From Deltaproteobacteria bacterium (GTDB lineage: Bacteria; Desulfobacterota; GWC2-55-46), in contig JADLDY010000039.1 of the NCBI GenBank assembly GCA_020846435.1, forward strand, positions 16,919-80,918: DNA of 64,000 nt, read 5' to 3'. The notes beneath the pieces are model-generated. The model searched no databases. It was not told the origin of the DNA and worked only from the letters and a program-made list of their open reading frames with translations. This document shows, piece after piece, positions 18,561 to 29,066 of the stretch (positions within the stretch are counted from its first letter, which is position 1; each line of letters starts with the position of its first letter). The translations under genes and the position numbers were made by a program.

Positions 18561-21148
18561 GCGACCACCATGTTTACGATCTTGTCGGTGACATAGACAA
18601 ACTTCTTTATCTCCTTGCCCTCGACAAACTCCTTTACCTTGGCGTCAGAGAGCACCACTTCCTTCACAGCGGCCTCGGAAGCGCCCGGGGCGACCCTCAC
18701 CCTGCCCCTTACCTTGCCGTTCACCTGCACCGGTATCTCGATTTCATCCAGCTTCAAGGCGTCTTCAATCCACTCCGGCCACTTCATCTTATAGACTGGC
18801 ACATTCGAGCCGAGCCTCGACCATAGCTCTTCGGAGATGTGAGGGGCGAAAGGCGCGATAAGCAGCACTACCGCTTCTGCGGCCTCTTTGAAAACCCTTG
18901 CTTCGACAGAGCCCGCGCCCTTGCCATTGAGCGTCGGCATGAACTGGTAAGAGGCGTTGACGAGCTCCATTATCGAGCTTATCGCCGTGTTGAAGTGCTG
19001 CCTCTCCTCTATGTCCTGCGTCACCTTTTTTATCGTCCTGTGGGTCGCGCCGTGGAGCTCCCTTGAGCTGCCTTCAAGAGAGCCGCCCTGCCACGCCTTT
19101 GCCCCTGAGATGAGGTCAAGGTTTTCTACTACGAGCCTCCATACCCTGCCGAGGAACCTGTAAGAGCCCTCGACGCCTTCCTCGTTCCAGTCGAGGTCCT
19201 TTTCAGGAGGCGCGGCGAAAAGCGAGAAGAGCCTCGTGGTGTCCGCGCCGTACTCCTTTATTATCCTGTCAGGGTCTATGACGTTCTTTTTCGACTTCGA
19301 CATCTTCTCGACAGGCCCGACGCTCACTGGCTTCGAGCAAATAGAGCACTTGCCGCCCGCGGCTTCCTCAGGGTAGAGATAGCCGTGCTCAGGGCACTTT
19401 GTTATCTCCTTGCAGACCATGCCCTGCGTAAGGAGGTTCCTGAAAGGCTCGTCAATCTCATGCAGGCCAAGGTCGCGCAGAGCCTTCGTGAAAAACCTCG
19501 CGTAAAGGAGATGCATGACAGCGTGCTCTATGCCGCCTATGTACTGGTCGACAGGCATCCAGTAGCCAGCCTCGTCCTTGCCGAACGGCAGTGTTTCATT
19601 CCTGGGCGATGTATACCTCAGGAAGTACCAGGACGAATCGACAAAGGTGTCCATCGTGTCTGTCTCACGCCGGGCTTTATTGCCGCACCTGGGGCAGACG
19701 GTGTTGACGAAGTCATCGGCCCCGGCAAGCGGAGAGAGCCCCTTGCCTGTGAGGTTTACATTCTCCGGAAGTATGACCGGAAGATTAGCGTCAGGAACCG
19801 GCACTGTGCCGCATTTGTCGCAATAGATGACCGGGATTGGACAGCCCCAGTACCTCTGCCTTGATATGCCCCAGTCGCGAAGCCTGTATGTTATCGAACG
19901 CTTCCCCTTGCCTTGCTCTTCGAGGGAGTCTATTATCGCGTCCTTCGCTCCGTCGCTCGGCAACCCGTCAAACTTGCCTGAGTTGACCATCACGCCGGAG
20001 TCGACAAAGGCGGCCTCCATCTTCAATGGGTCAAGCTCTACTCCAGCCGGGTTTATGACAACCTTTATGGGAAGGCCATATTTTTTCGCGAACTCAAAGT
20101 CCCTCTGGTCGTGGGCCGGGACCGCCATCACAGCGCCTGTCCCGTACTCCATCAGAACGAAGTTGGCGGCGTATACCGGCACCCTCTCGCCTGTCAAAGG
20201 GTTAAGGCAGTACGCGCCTGTGAAGACACCCTCTTTTTCAGCTTCGTCCGCGCCGGGCCGGGAGGCCTTTGCCTCAGCCTTCACTTTGGCGGCAAACTCG
20301 GCGACCTCTTTTTTCCTCTCGGGCGTGGTTATCTTTTCTACAAACGGGTGGCTCGGCGCGAGCGACATGAAAGTCACGCCGAATATGGTATCAGGCCTGG
20401 TCGTGAATATCTTTATCGCTTCATCCGAGCCTTCGAGCTTGAAGTCTACCTCAGCGCCGACGGATTTGCCTATCCAGTTCCTCTGCATGGTAAGTACGCG
20501 CTCAGGCCAGCCGGGAAGCTTGTTCGTGTGCTCAAGGAGCTCGTCGGCATAGGCGGTTATCTTGAAGAACCACTGGTCAAGTTCCTTCATCTCAACGACA
20601 GAGCCGCACCTCCAGCACTCGCCGTCCTCGACCTGCTCGTTGGCAAGGACCGTCGCGCACTCGGGGCACCAGTTCACGGAAGAGCGTTTCTTGTACGCGA
20701 GCCCCTTTTCAAAAAGCCTCAAGAAGAGCCACTGGTTCCACTTGTAATACTCGGGCGTGCAGGTCGCTACCTCCCGGCTCCAGTCATAGCTCAGCCCCAT
20801 GCGCTTCAACTGCGTCCTCATGTTGGCGATGTTCTCATGCGTCCATTTTGCAGGGGGTATGCCGTGCTGTATGGCGGCGTTTTCCGCTGGAAGGCCGAAT
20901 GAGTCCCAGCCCATCGGGTGCAGGACATTTTTGCCCTTCATCATTAGAAAGCGCGCGAGCACATCGCCTATTGAATAGTTCCTGACATGGCCCATGTGTA
21001 TCTTGCCGGAAGGGTACGGGAACATCTCAAGAACATAGTACTTGTCCCCGTGGCCCTCAGTTGTCCTGAACGCGCCGCCAGTTTCCCATTCGGCCTGCCA
21101 TCTCGACTCTATGGATTTATGGTCGTATTTTTCGGTCTTCTCAGCCAT
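18557..21148 (-). CDS. leuS: Leucyl-tRNA synthetase
   Basis: HMGHVRNY (HIGH) and KMSKS motifs, CP1 editing domain. Start at internal M43 ([18 protein letters not shown]…) of the ORF. Confidence 0.95.
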   Translation of the reverse strand: MAEKTEKYDHKSIESRWQAEWETGGAFRTTEGHGDKYYVLEMFPYPSGKIHMGHVRNYSIGDVLARFLMMKGKNVLHPMGWDSFGLPAENAAIQHGIPPAKWTHENIANMRTQLKRMGLSYDWSREVATCTPEYYKWNQWLFLRLFEKGLAYKKRSSVNWCPECATVLANEQVEDGECWRCGSVVEMKELDQWFFKITAYADELLEHTNKLPGWPERVLTMQRNWIGKSVGAEVDFKLEGSDEAIKIFTTRPDTIFGVTFMSLAPSHPFVEKITTPERKKEVAEFAAKVKAEAKASRPGADEAEKEGVFTGAYCLNPLTGERVPVYAANFVLMEYGTGAVMAVPAHDQRDFEFAKKYGLPIKVVINPAGVELDPLKMEAAFVDSGVMVNSGKFDGLPSDGAKDAIIDSLEEQGKGKRSITYRLRDWGISRQRYWGCPIPVIYCDKCGTVPVPDANLPVILPENVNLTGKGLSPLAGADDFVNTVCPRCGNKARRETDTMDTFVDSSWYFLRYTSPRNETLPFGKDEAGYWMPVDQYIGGIEHAVMHLLYARFFTKALRDLGLHEIDEPFRNLLTQGMVCKEITKCPEHGYLYPEEAAGGKCSICSKPVSVGPVEKMSKSKKNVIDPDRIIKEYGADTTRLFSLFAAPPEKDLDWNEEGVEGSYRFLGRVWRLVVENLDLISGAKAWQGGSLEGSSRELHGATHRTIKKVTQDIEERQHFNTAISSIMELVNASYQFMPTLNGKGAGSVEARVFKEAAEAVVLLIAPFAPHISEELWSRLGSNVPVYKMKWPEWIEDALKLDEIEIPVQVNGKVRGRVRVAPGASEAAVKEVVLSDAKVKEFVEGKEIKKFVYVTDKIVNMVVA

Positions 21149-21347
21149 GATTATCGCAAGCCTCTTTCGAAGGTAATTTCTCTGATTTAAACAGTTTTTG
21201 TAGCATAAAAATATAACATTTTTCAACGCTAAAGGGGGATAATTCAGGACGCGCAAAAGCCCGCAAATCGACAAATACCTTTTTACGGCGGCCCCTTATC
21301 TGATATATTCCATAGGAGCACGGTTTCGGAAGAAAAGGAGAGAGCAG

Positions 21348-21860
21348 ATGATAGAGGCCATCCGCAAGAGACGCTCCATAAGGAACTTCCTCAAAAGGGA
21401 CGTCGAAGAGGAAAAACTCAATGAGGTGCTCAAGGCCGCCATGTTCTCCCCCAACTCGTGGGGCACGAGGCCCTGGGAGTTCATAGTAGTCCGCGCCGAA
21501 GAGACAAAAAAAGCCCTCGCCAAAGCCTCGCCACACGCAGGCTTCGTCGACAAGGCCCCTGTCGTCATAGTCGTATGCTTTGACACGAAAAAAGGCAAAC
21601 GTTTCAAGGAAGACTCGGCGATAGCCGCCGAGCACATACACCTCGAGGCAGTAAACCAGGGGCTCGCATCCTGCTTCGTGCAGATAGCCGACGCGGGAGA
21701 CCCGCCCGGCACGGCAGAACCTCTGGTCAAGGAGCTGCTCGGAATACCGGAAGACTGCCGCGTGATGTGTCTGATGCCGCTTGGCTACGCGGCAAGGGAA
21801 TTGAAGGAGCACGCCGACTCAGAGTACGACCCGGTGAAGGTGCATCTGGAGAGGTTCTGA
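21348..21860 (+). CDS. Nitroreductase-family protein
   Basis: RRSIRNF…, NfnB/NADH-oxidase fold signature at the N-terminus, 170 aa. Confidence 0.8.
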   Translation: MIEAIRKRRSIRNFLKRDVEEEKLNEVLKAAMFSPNSWGTRPWEFIVVRAEETKKALAKASPHAGFVDKAPVVIVVCFDTKKGKRFKEDSAIAAEHIHLEAVNQGLASCFVQIADAGDPPGTAEPLVKELLGIPEDCRVMCLMPLGYAARELKEHADSEYDPVKVHLERF

Positions 21861-21939
21861 AGAGGCAGGCATTGACGGACGGCTGTCAGCAGGAATATTT
21901 CCGACTGGCAAACCATCGAAACAAAGGAGCGTCACAAGT

Positions 21940-22306
21940 GAGCGCAGATTCAGAAAAATCAATAGATGTGGAAAGCCGCAGAGCGGAACTCGATGAGATC
22001 CTCCCGCAGTTCAACCTCGGGCCGGAGAGCCTCGAACTCGTCGACGAGTTCGCCAACGAGCCGCTCCGTGTATCGAAGTGCCAGAAGATACTGAAGAGGA
22101 TCTACATAAAAAAGTCGATCTCTCCTGAAGCGAAAAAAATAGTGCTGGCCGAGGTCAAGAAGTTCGGGGAAGACATCTCCGCTCTCGAAGACGACTGGAT
22201 GTTCTTGAAGCATACCATGCTCAAACACGTATGCAGCATCCAGCAGCGCTGGCAGCCTGACTACGAATGCTCAAAATGGGCCCTGTACCATATGAAACGG
22301 GTATAG
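21940..22306 (+). CDS. Hypothetical protein (~122 aa, GTG start)
   Basis: AAAGGAG SD before GTG 21940; the in-frame upstream ATG (21767) would overlap the nitroreductase gene by ~95 nt. No recognisable domain. Confidence 0.45.
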
Positions 22307-22388
22307 CTGACAGTTTGCCGGAAACTTTTTCTGAGGGGAACTTCCAGTAGAAAGGTTTCCCCCAGACCCCCTTCAAAGATTTCAAGTT

Positions 22389-22422
22389 CCTGAGGGCGCC
22401 CCCGTACGGGGGCGCCCTCAGG
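22389..22422. repeat. 34-nt perfect GC palindrome (CCTGAGGGCGCCCCC-GTAC-GGGGGCGCCCTCAGG) in convergent intergenic region
   Basis: 15-bp perfect stem, no flanking T-tract. Surrounded by GAAACTTTTT/GAAAGTTTTT repeats. Confidence 0.6.
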
Positions 22423-22500
22423 AAGAACTGAAAGTTTTTGGAGAGAGTTTGAGAGAAACTTTTTACAAAAAGGTTCTCTCAAAAAGCTTTCAGCAACCGG

Positions 22501-24438
22501 TTAGAAATAAACGCTCCACCCGAACACGGCCTCGGTCGAGTAGAAGCCGTCGAACTTCTCCCGCCTCAAATCGAGCTTAACCGCGTTATCCCTGTTCAAA
22601 GAGAAAGTCTGGTTCAGCGCGGCCGACAGGATCGTGTGGCTGTCGCCTGGGCCGAAGGCCTCAGCCGTGAGTTCAAGCTGAGCTTTCCACCTGCTGGTTA
22701 TTGGTTTCAGTATGCCTGCCCTGGAGCCGATGCCGAGCGCGTAACCCTTGTCGAGCCCGCTGCCTATTTTCACGGCAGGCTCGATAAACCCGTAGACAAG
22801 GCCGTTGCCGGGAAACGCGTAGCTCAGGCCCGCCCCGCCGGAGGTCCTGAAGACGGTCCTGTACTCCCTTTTCGCTGTCTCCTCCCTTTCGAGCGCCGCC
22901 TTCGCGGTCCACGAGACGGGCTTGAAAAACTCGTCTCTCGGAGCAACCGAATCTATGCCGACGAGATTAAGCTCCTGGAGCGCGAACTTTCTCTGGTCGA
23001 GATAGTATCTTGCCTCCGCCTCCATGAATGTTATGGCAGCCCCCGGAAGGTAGCCAGCGTCAGGGTCGGTGATGGCGTGGTTGGCCGGCCGTAGCGAAAC
23101 CGACAGGAACGCGTCCCCAGCCTTAGCTCCAACAGCCATTGAAAGCCTGGCCGCGCCGTGGCCACCTTCCGGTTCGACAGGGACCGTGGGCTCCTTCAGT
23201 TCAACCTGGCCCAGAGCGCTCCTTTGCCCGAGCACCTTGAGGAAGAGCTTCGTGTACTCTTCTTTAGTTATTACCTTTTTGGCGTATTTGTACTGTATAT
23301 ATTCCGAGGCGAGCTCGAGCGTGGTAGCGCGCTCCTCGAGCGCGAAGGCGTCTTCGTTCAAAGCCTCCCTCACCTGTGCGCCAGCGGCGATCTTTATCGC
23401 GGCGGTCTTCAAGGGGCTTGAGACAAGCCCCTCGAGGTGTCTTATTTTCGCGGCCTTCGAAGGCCTGTACTCGGCGCCTTGCGTGCTTACGCCGGCGTTC
23501 CTTATGGACTTGATCGTGTCCATAGGTATCACCCAGGGAGGCAGGTCCTTGAAGAGGTCTATCCCGGGCCTTGCGGCCTCAAGCACCAGAAGGAGGTTGT
23601 AAGAGCAGTTCTCGTCAAAAAAATAATAATCGGTATAGATGTCTTTGAGCTCCCAGAGGTGCAGGAACATCCTTTCGACCTCGTCCGGGGTGAACTCAAG
23701 GCTGTACTCCCAGATGTCCCTGTTCTCGAGGTTGCTGTACTCTTTTATCTTCTCGTAATACGGCAGCACGCCGAAGAAGCCTTCGTAATAGCCGAATATG
23801 CCTTTTATGGCGAAGAACAGCCCGTTCGTCTCCCCTGTCCTTGCGGAATAATTGACGGCCCATGAGAAGAGCTTGCTCTCCTTGTCTGAATCTATGCGCA
23901 AAAGCGTATGCCCGAACATGGACGCTGGGCTGTTCATGTGGGAGACCGGGAAGATGAGCACGGCCGACCTGGGGGAAACGCTCTCATGGAATTCCTTGAA
24001 GCCCTTGCATTCCTGCGGCGGCAGGAGAGATTCGTTGATGGAGAGCTCTTTTTTGAGCCAGTCGAAGCGGGCTATGAAGCGGCACTGCGCGTGTCCGTCG
24101 CCTTCAGGGGTAGAGGCGAAAAACGCCCTGATCGTCCCGGCGAGTTCGGCCGCGGGGTCGTGCTTTCCTGTCTTCGAAGCGAAGAAGTCCGGGTCGTCGA
24201 CAAGGCTCTCCATGCGGCCGAGGAGCGTGGGCTTGTAGTGGAGCAGCACGTGCCACTGGCGGCTCTCGTGCAGACGCATGGAAAGGGCCTTTGCGGCAAG
24301 CTCGTCGGGGTAGTCCATTGAAAGGGCGGCGGACGGGAAAAGAAGGAAGATTACAGACAAAAAAAGCCATGCGGGCCATATAGGCCCGCATGGTCTTTTG
24401 TGAAGAGGTCTCGGCGTGTTTTTAGGAATTCGACACAA
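22501..24438 (-). CDS. DUF4105-domain exported protein with C-terminal beta-barrel-like domain (ends …WSVYF)
   Basis: 645-aa ORF (TTG start). DUF4105-like N-region. C-terminal aromatic-terminated segment typical of OM beta-barrels. The N-terminal ~26 codons overlap a terminator hairpin, so the true start may be the TTG near 24360 or ATG 24318. Confidence 0.65.
   Translation of the reverse strand: MCRIPKNTPRPLHKRPCGPIWPAWLFLSVIFLLFPSAALSMDYPDELAAKALSMRLHESRQWHVLLHYKPTLLGRMESLVDDPDFFASKTGKHDPAAELAGTIRAFFASTPEGDGHAQCRFIARFDWLKKELSINESLLPPQECKGFKEFHESVSPRSAVLIFPVSHMNSPASMFGHTLLRIDSDKESKLFSWAVNYSARTGETNGLFFAIKGIFGYYEGFFGVLPYYEKIKEYSNLENRDIWEYSLEFTPDEVERMFLHLWELKDIYTDYYFFDENCSYNLLLVLEAARPGIDLFKDLPPWVIPMDTIKSIRNAGVSTQGAEYRPSKAAKIRHLEGLVSSPLKTAAIKIAAGAQVREALNEDAFALEERATTLELASEYIQYKYAKKVITKEEYTKLFLKVLGQRSALGQVELKEPTVPVEPEGGHGAARLSMAVGAKAGDAFLSVSLRPANHAITDPDAGYLPGAAITFMEAEARYYLDQRKFALQELNLVGIDSVAPRDEFFKPVSWTAKAALEREETAKREYRTVFRTSGGAGLSYAFPGNGLVYGFIEPAVKIGSGLDKGYALGIGSRAGILKPITSRWKAQLELTAEAFGPGDSHTILSAALNQTFSLNRDNAVKLDLRREKFDGFYSTEAVFGWSVYF
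24359..24393 (-). terminator. Rho-independent terminator after DUF3015 gene (CCATGCGGGCC-ATATA-GGCCCGCATGG + T7)
   Basis: 11-bp perfect stem followed by seven T on the minus strand. Confidence 0.8.
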
Positions 24439-24913
24439 TTCTGTTGATATTCTCTATCACGTCAGAATACTCGACCGACGAGGATGTGTAGATGTTGTTG
24501 AAGTTGGCCTGCAGGAGCGTGTAGAATGCCGCCCTTTTATCGACGGAAACATCCATGAGCTCGGCAAGCGTGGAGACCGCTTCACCCCTGCCAGCGGCCA
24601 TGTCCTGCGCGAGGGCGTCCATGTTGTCGGCGACGAACCTCTGGAGATTGCCGTTCGAAGCGACCTTGGAAGGCTGATTGCAGCCAAGCGTGCCGGAAGA
24701 GATGCCGAAGGTCTGGTTCCCGAAGGTACCGTTGGTCGTCACGGCAAATACCTGGAGGATGATGGAATTCTGTCCTGCTTCCTTGAAGATCATATTTCCG
24801 AGGCCGCAGCCTGTGTTCGTGTCATAACTGCTCTGGGCCGAAACTCCGGTGGGGAGCATGAAAAGTACACCTGCAAGGAAGAGCGACGAGCCTGCAACGA
24901 TAAGACGTTTCAT
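24422..24913 (-). CDS. DUF3015-family secreted protein
   Basis: Signal peptide MKRLIVAGSSLFLAGVLFMLPTGVSA|QS. Cys-containing CGLGN…GTLGC pattern. AGGAGG SD. Confidence 0.6.
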   Translation of the reverse strand: MKRLIVAGSSLFLAGVLFMLPTGVSAQSSYDTNTGCGLGNMIFKEAGQNSIILQVFAVTTNGTFGNQTFGISSGTLGCNQPSKVASNGNLQRFVADNMDALAQDMAAGRGEAVSTLAELMDVSVDKRAAFYTLLQANFNNIYTSSSVEYSDVIENINRIVSNS

Positions 24914-25119
24914 GAAGAACCTCCTGTTTTTTTGTTTTTTTTAAAGATCCGCGCCGTCAAAAGGCAACCCGGATATCCGGCATCCGCTCTCGCGGAACTT
25001 ACCCCAACAGACTGAAGACTGCCTAAGAGTATATTCTAAAAAACTGATTTGTCAAACATAGCATTAATAAACTTCACTCCCTTCGCGTTTTCATCAGCGA
25101 AAAGGGCTGAATCTTCAAT

Positions 25120-25153
25120 AAAAAAGCCGCTATCCATGAAAGGACAACGGCTT
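25120..25153 (-). terminator. Rho-independent terminator of proS
   Basis: AGCCGTTGTCC…GGATAGCGGCT imperfect hairpin followed by T6 on the minus strand. Confidence 0.6.
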
Positions 25154-25177
25154 TTTCAATTCATGTACATTGAGTGT

Positions 25178-26872
25178 TCAGGACTGAAGGAGCTTTTTCA
25201 CCTCAAGCGCCGCTTCTTCGACCTTGACCAGTTTTACTTCCCCGGTCTTCCTCTCCTTTATCTCGACCAGGCCCTGCTTGAGGTTCCTCTCGCCGATGGT
25301 CACGCGCACGGGTATGCCGATGAGGTCCGCGTCCTTGAACTTGACCCCGGCCCTCTCGTCCCTGTCGTCAAGGAGGACTTCCATCTCCTTCTTGAGGACT
25401 TCATATAGGGCTTCGGAAGTCTTTCTTGTCTCGTCGTCCTTTACATTTACTGGAAGCACCTCGCAGTCAAACGGCGCGAGCGGCTTCGGCCAGATTATCC
25501 CGGCCTCGTCGTGGTTCTGCTCGATGGAGGCGGCCGCCGTCCTGCCGATGCCTATGCCGTAGCAGCCCATTATGACAACCTGCTCTTTTCCCGCCTCGTC
25601 GAGGAAGTTGGCTCCCATGGCCTCTGAATACTTTGTCCCGAGCTTGAATACATGGCCGACTTCTATGCCGCGCTTTATCTCGAATACGCCAGCGCACCTC
25701 GGGCACTTGTCCCCTTGCGCGGCGTTCCTTATGTCAGCGTAGGTAGCGCGGAAATCCCTCGACGCGTTGACATGCAAAAGGTGAGCGTCATTCTCGTTCG
25801 CGCCGGTTATCGCGTCAAACATGCCCCTGACATTGAAGTCGGCGTAGATGGGTATGTTGAGCTTCACCGGCCCGGCAAAACCAACTGGCGCGCCTGTGGT
25901 CTTTCTTACGGCGTCCTCTTCGGCAAGCTTCACGAACGAAGAACCTGAGGCGTTCCTCAGCTTGAACTCGTTTATCTGGCTGTCTCCCCTGACGAGGGCG
26001 GCGATGAGCCCCTTATCAGTCTCGTAGATGAGCGTCTTGATGAGCTTATCTGTGCCAGCCTTCAAAAAGGCGCTCACCTCTTCTATGGTCTTTTTCCCCG
26101 GAGTCGAGACCCTCTCGATCGCGCTCCCTGCGGACGGGGCGGACAGAGCCGGCTCCCTTATCTCAGCCCTCTCGACATTGGCTGCGTAGGAACAACCAGT
26201 GCAGGTCGCCACGGCGTCCTCGCCGCTTTCAGCCAGCACAGTGAACTCGTGAGAGAACCTGCCGCCAATCGAGCCTGTCTCAGCCTCGACGGCGCGAAAG
26301 TCCAGGCCGCACCTTTCGAATATCCTCGTATAGGCGTTGTACATGTTCTCGTACTCCGCGTCCAGGCTCTCGGCGGTAGCATGAAAAGAGTAGGCGTCCT
26401 TCATCACGAACTCCCTGCCCCTCATGAGGCCGAATCTGGGCCTGATCTCGTCCCTGAACTTCGACTGTATCTGGTAGAGGTTCAGCGGCAGGTCTTTATA
26501 AGAGCGCACTTCTCTCCTGACCAGGTCTGTTATCACCTCTTCGTGGGTCGGCCCGAGGCAGAACTCGCGGTCGTGCCTGTCCTTTATGCGCAGAAGCTCT
26601 TTTCCGTACTCGTCCCACCTGCCGCTTTCCTGCCAGAGCTCGGCCGGGATGACCATCGGCATGGAGACTTCCTGCGCCCCGGCCCTGTTCATCTCCTCCC
26701 TTACTATGGCCTCGACCTTCCTTACCGCGCGAAGCCCCATGGGAAGGAGGTTGTAGACTCCGGCGGCGACCTTCCTTATCATCCCCGCCCTTATCATGAG
26801 CTTCTGGCTAATGACGTCAGCGTCTGAGGGCGATTCCTTGAGAGTGGGCAGGAGCATCCTCGAATAGCGCAT
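25178..26872 (-). CDS. proS: Prolyl-tRNA synthetase
   Basis: Class II aaRS motifs, INS editing domain. Start at internal M28 (MRYSRMLLPTLKE…), matching the canonical ProS N-terminus. Confidence 0.95.
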   Translation of the reverse strand: MRYSRMLLPTLKESPSDADVISQKLMIRAGMIRKVAAGVYNLLPMGLRAVRKVEAIVREEMNRAGAQEVSMPMVIPAELWQESGRWDEYGKELLRIKDRHDREFCLGPTHEEVITDLVRREVRSYKDLPLNLYQIQSKFRDEIRPRFGLMRGREFVMKDAYSFHATAESLDAEYENMYNAYTRIFERCGLDFRAVEAETGSIGGRFSHEFTVLAESGEDAVATCTGCSYAANVERAEIREPALSAPSAGSAIERVSTPGKKTIEEVSAFLKAGTDKLIKTLIYETDKGLIAALVRGDSQINEFKLRNASGSSFVKLAEEDAVRKTTGAPVGFAGPVKLNIPIYADFNVRGMFDAITGANENDAHLLHVNASRDFRATYADIRNAAQGDKCPRCAGVFEIKRGIEVGHVFKLGTKYSEAMGANFLDEAGKEQVVIMGCYGIGIGRTAAASIEQNHDEAGIIWPKPLAPFDCEVLPVNVKDDETRKTSEALYEVLKKEMEVLLDDRDERAGVKFKDADLIGIPVRVTIGERNLKQGLVEIKERKTGEVKLVKVEEAALEVKKLLQS

Positions 26873-26965
26873 TATCTTCTCCGTCTGTGTTTTATTCTGA
26901 AAGGAAACGGTATAAAAAAGGGCCGGCGTCGAAAAACACCGGCCCTCAATCATCGAGCGCCCCTA

Positions 26966-28885
26966 TTAAAGCGCTTTTTCGTTGATAGTTATCTTCGACT
27001 TCTCGCGCAGGCCCTTGAGCCATTCGCTCAGAGCCTGGTCGTGCTTTTCAGCCAGAAGCCTCTCCCTGAGCTCTTCCTTGCGCGGCTCGAAGAAGGCCTC
27101 GTCAGCCTCCTTGACGCCCGAGAGCCTGAAGATAAAGTGCCTGCCGTTGTGGGAGACGACCTCCGGGAAGTAGGCCCCGGCCGTGAGGGTGAAGAAGCCC
27201 TCCTTGTCGCCTACGAATATGCCAGTCCTGGGCATGAAGCCGTCGGTGCGCGAAAAATACCCTGACTGCTCGACCTTGAGCTTTTCAGACTTCGCTATCG
27301 CTGAGATGTCCTCGCCTTTTTTGGCGCGCTCAAGCAGGGCCCTGGCCCTTGTCTCGGCTTCCCTGACGGCGCGCTCCTCGGCGATTATGTCCTTCACCTC
27401 GGAAGCGACCTCCGAGAACTCAGGCACATGGGCGTCCTTTCTTTCAAGGAGCCTCACGAGATAGGCCCCGTCCTCAGTCTCGACCACGCGGGAAGGCTGG
27501 CCCGGCGCGAGGCTGAACGACACCGCGCGGAGCTGCTCGTTCTTCGCGAGCTCGACACCCATGTCGTCCTCAGAGAAGAACCCGGTGAACATGGACTTCA
27601 AATCCTTATCAGAGGAAGCCGCCTTTTTCATCTCCTCCGGGGTCTTCGCCTGTGCGACTTTCGCGTCAAGGGCCATCAAGGCCTCCCTGGCGAGCCCCTT
27701 GGCCTTGTCCCCGGCGAGCGCCTGCTTTATCAGAGGCTCGACTTCCTTGAGGGGACTGGCCCCTCCCTCTTTCTTATCCTCTACCTTTATTATGTGGAAG
27801 CCGAACTCGGTCTCAACAACGCCTGAGACTTCTCCCTTGTTGAGCGGGAACGCGGCGTCCTCGAAAGCCTTGATCATTACGCCGCGCTGGAACCAGCCAA
27901 GGTCCCCGCCCTGCTTAGCGCTGCCCGGGTCCTGCGAGTGCGCCTTCGCGAGGTCGGCGAACTTAGCCCCGGACTTGAGCCTGGCCAGTATGTCGTTCAA
28001 GCGCTTCTTTGTCTCGGCCTTCGCCTTTTCCATGTCAGCGGCGTTGGGGTCCGGCCTCAGGAGTATGTGGCGGGCCTTTATCGAGGCCTGGGTTTCGAAC
28101 CTCTTCTTGTTGGCTTCATAATAGCTCTTTATCTCGTCATCGGTGAACTTCGCCCTTGAAGCCATGCTTTCGTAACCAGCGAAAGCGTAGAAGGCCTTTA
28201 TCTTCGGCGGCACCATGAATTCTGAGGCGTTCTTCTTCAGGAACTCTTTGGCCTCCTCGTCGGTCACGGCGGAAGCCTTCATCAAAGCCTGGCCGTCAAG
28301 AACGACGAAGCTCAGGTCTATTTTCCTGTTCTCCCTGAAGAACCTTTCCTTCAACTCCTGGTCGTTGACCGCGACGTCCTTCAAGACCTTCTCCCTTATC
28401 CTGGCGGTCATGAGGTCGGCTTCCATGCTCTTTTCGAACTCGGCGGGGTTTACGCGGTTCGAGCTCAGCACCTTGAAGTACAGGTCCTTGTCAAAAACGC
28501 CGTTCTTGCCGAAGACAGGTATGGCCTTTATCGCCTCCTGCACTTCCTGCTCGGAGACTTTTATACCCTGATTTTCTGCCTCTTTTATGGCGAGAGCCCT
28601 GTTTATGAGTATGTCAACGGCCTTTTGCTTGAGGTTGAGCTTTTTGGCCATCTCGTCATTAAACTGTTCCTTGAAGGTCTCCTTGTAATACTCGACTTCT
28701 TTCTTGTACAGGTTGGCGTACTCACGGTAGGAGATGTCCTCGCCGTCGACGGTGGCCACTACGCTGGCGTCGTTCTCCCCGTTGCCGCTGGGACCGACGC
28801 CCCAGAATATGAAAACCACTATTATCGCGGCGAAGGCCACGACTATCAACGCCGAATTGCGCCGCTTTCTGAAACTTTCTAACAT
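26966..28885 (-). CDS. ppiD: Periplasmic chaperone PpiD (SurA-N + parvulin PPIase domain)
   Basis: N-terminal membrane anchor (LIVVAFAAIIVVFIFWGV), parvulin domain (…RHILL…GGDLGWF…). Start at M14 with AGGAGG SD. Confidence 0.8.
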   Translation of the reverse strand: MLESFRKRRNSALIVVAFAAIIVVFIFWGVGPSGNGENDASVVATVDGEDISYREYANLYKKEVEYYKETFKEQFNDEMAKKLNLKQKAVDILINRALAIKEAENQGIKVSEQEVQEAIKAIPVFGKNGVFDKDLYFKVLSSNRVNPAEFEKSMEADLMTARIREKVLKDVAVNDQELKERFFRENRKIDLSFVVLDGQALMKASAVTDEEAKEFLKKNASEFMVPPKIKAFYAFAGYESMASRAKFTDDEIKSYYEANKKRFETQASIKARHILLRPDPNAADMEKAKAETKKRLNDILARLKSGAKFADLAKAHSQDPGSAKQGGDLGWFQRGVMIKAFEDAAFPLNKGEVSGVVETEFGFHIIKVEDKKEGGASPLKEVEPLIKQALAGDKAKGLAREALMALDAKVAQAKTPEEMKKAASSDKDLKSMFTGFFSEDDMGVELAKNEQLRAVSFSLAPGQPSRVVETEDGAYLVRLLERKDAHVPEFSEVASEVKDIIAEERAVREAETRARALLERAKKGEDISAIAKSEKLKVEQSGYFSRTDGFMPRTGIFVGDKEGFFTLTAGAYFPEVVSHNGRHFIFRLSGVKEADEAFFEPRKEELRERLLAEKHDQALSEWLKGLREKSKITINEKAL

Positions 28886-29066
28886 CACTACCTCCTGCAA
28901 GGCCGGGCGTGTAACCACGGTCACTGAATAATTAGGTTCAATCCGTCATCATAAAGAAATCTGCCGTTAAATTCAACTTATTTATATTATTTTTCTTGCT
29001 AAGCCGAATCGAATTCTGTTAGTATTTTTAAATAAAGTTTTAACATTCAAAGGAGCACACCGCAAC

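Noticed and set aside
21148-21274. N-terminal extensions proposed by the ORF track for leuS (42 aa), alaS (32 aa, 39109..39204), proS (27 aa, 26873..26953), ppiD (13 aa), holA (18 aa), recA (7 aa), pgpA (9 aa), rpoN (13 aa), hgcA (27 aa)
   Set aside because: Canonical family N-termini begin at the internal Met in each case, usually with a good SD. The extensions would overlap upstream genes or terminators.
24104-24391. 95-aa minus-strand ORF starting inside the terminator palindrome (MRAYMARMAFF…)
   Set aside because: Its ATG codons are part of the CCATGCGGGCC/GGCCCGCATGG terminator stem. It is in a different frame from, and entirely within, the DUF4105 gene.
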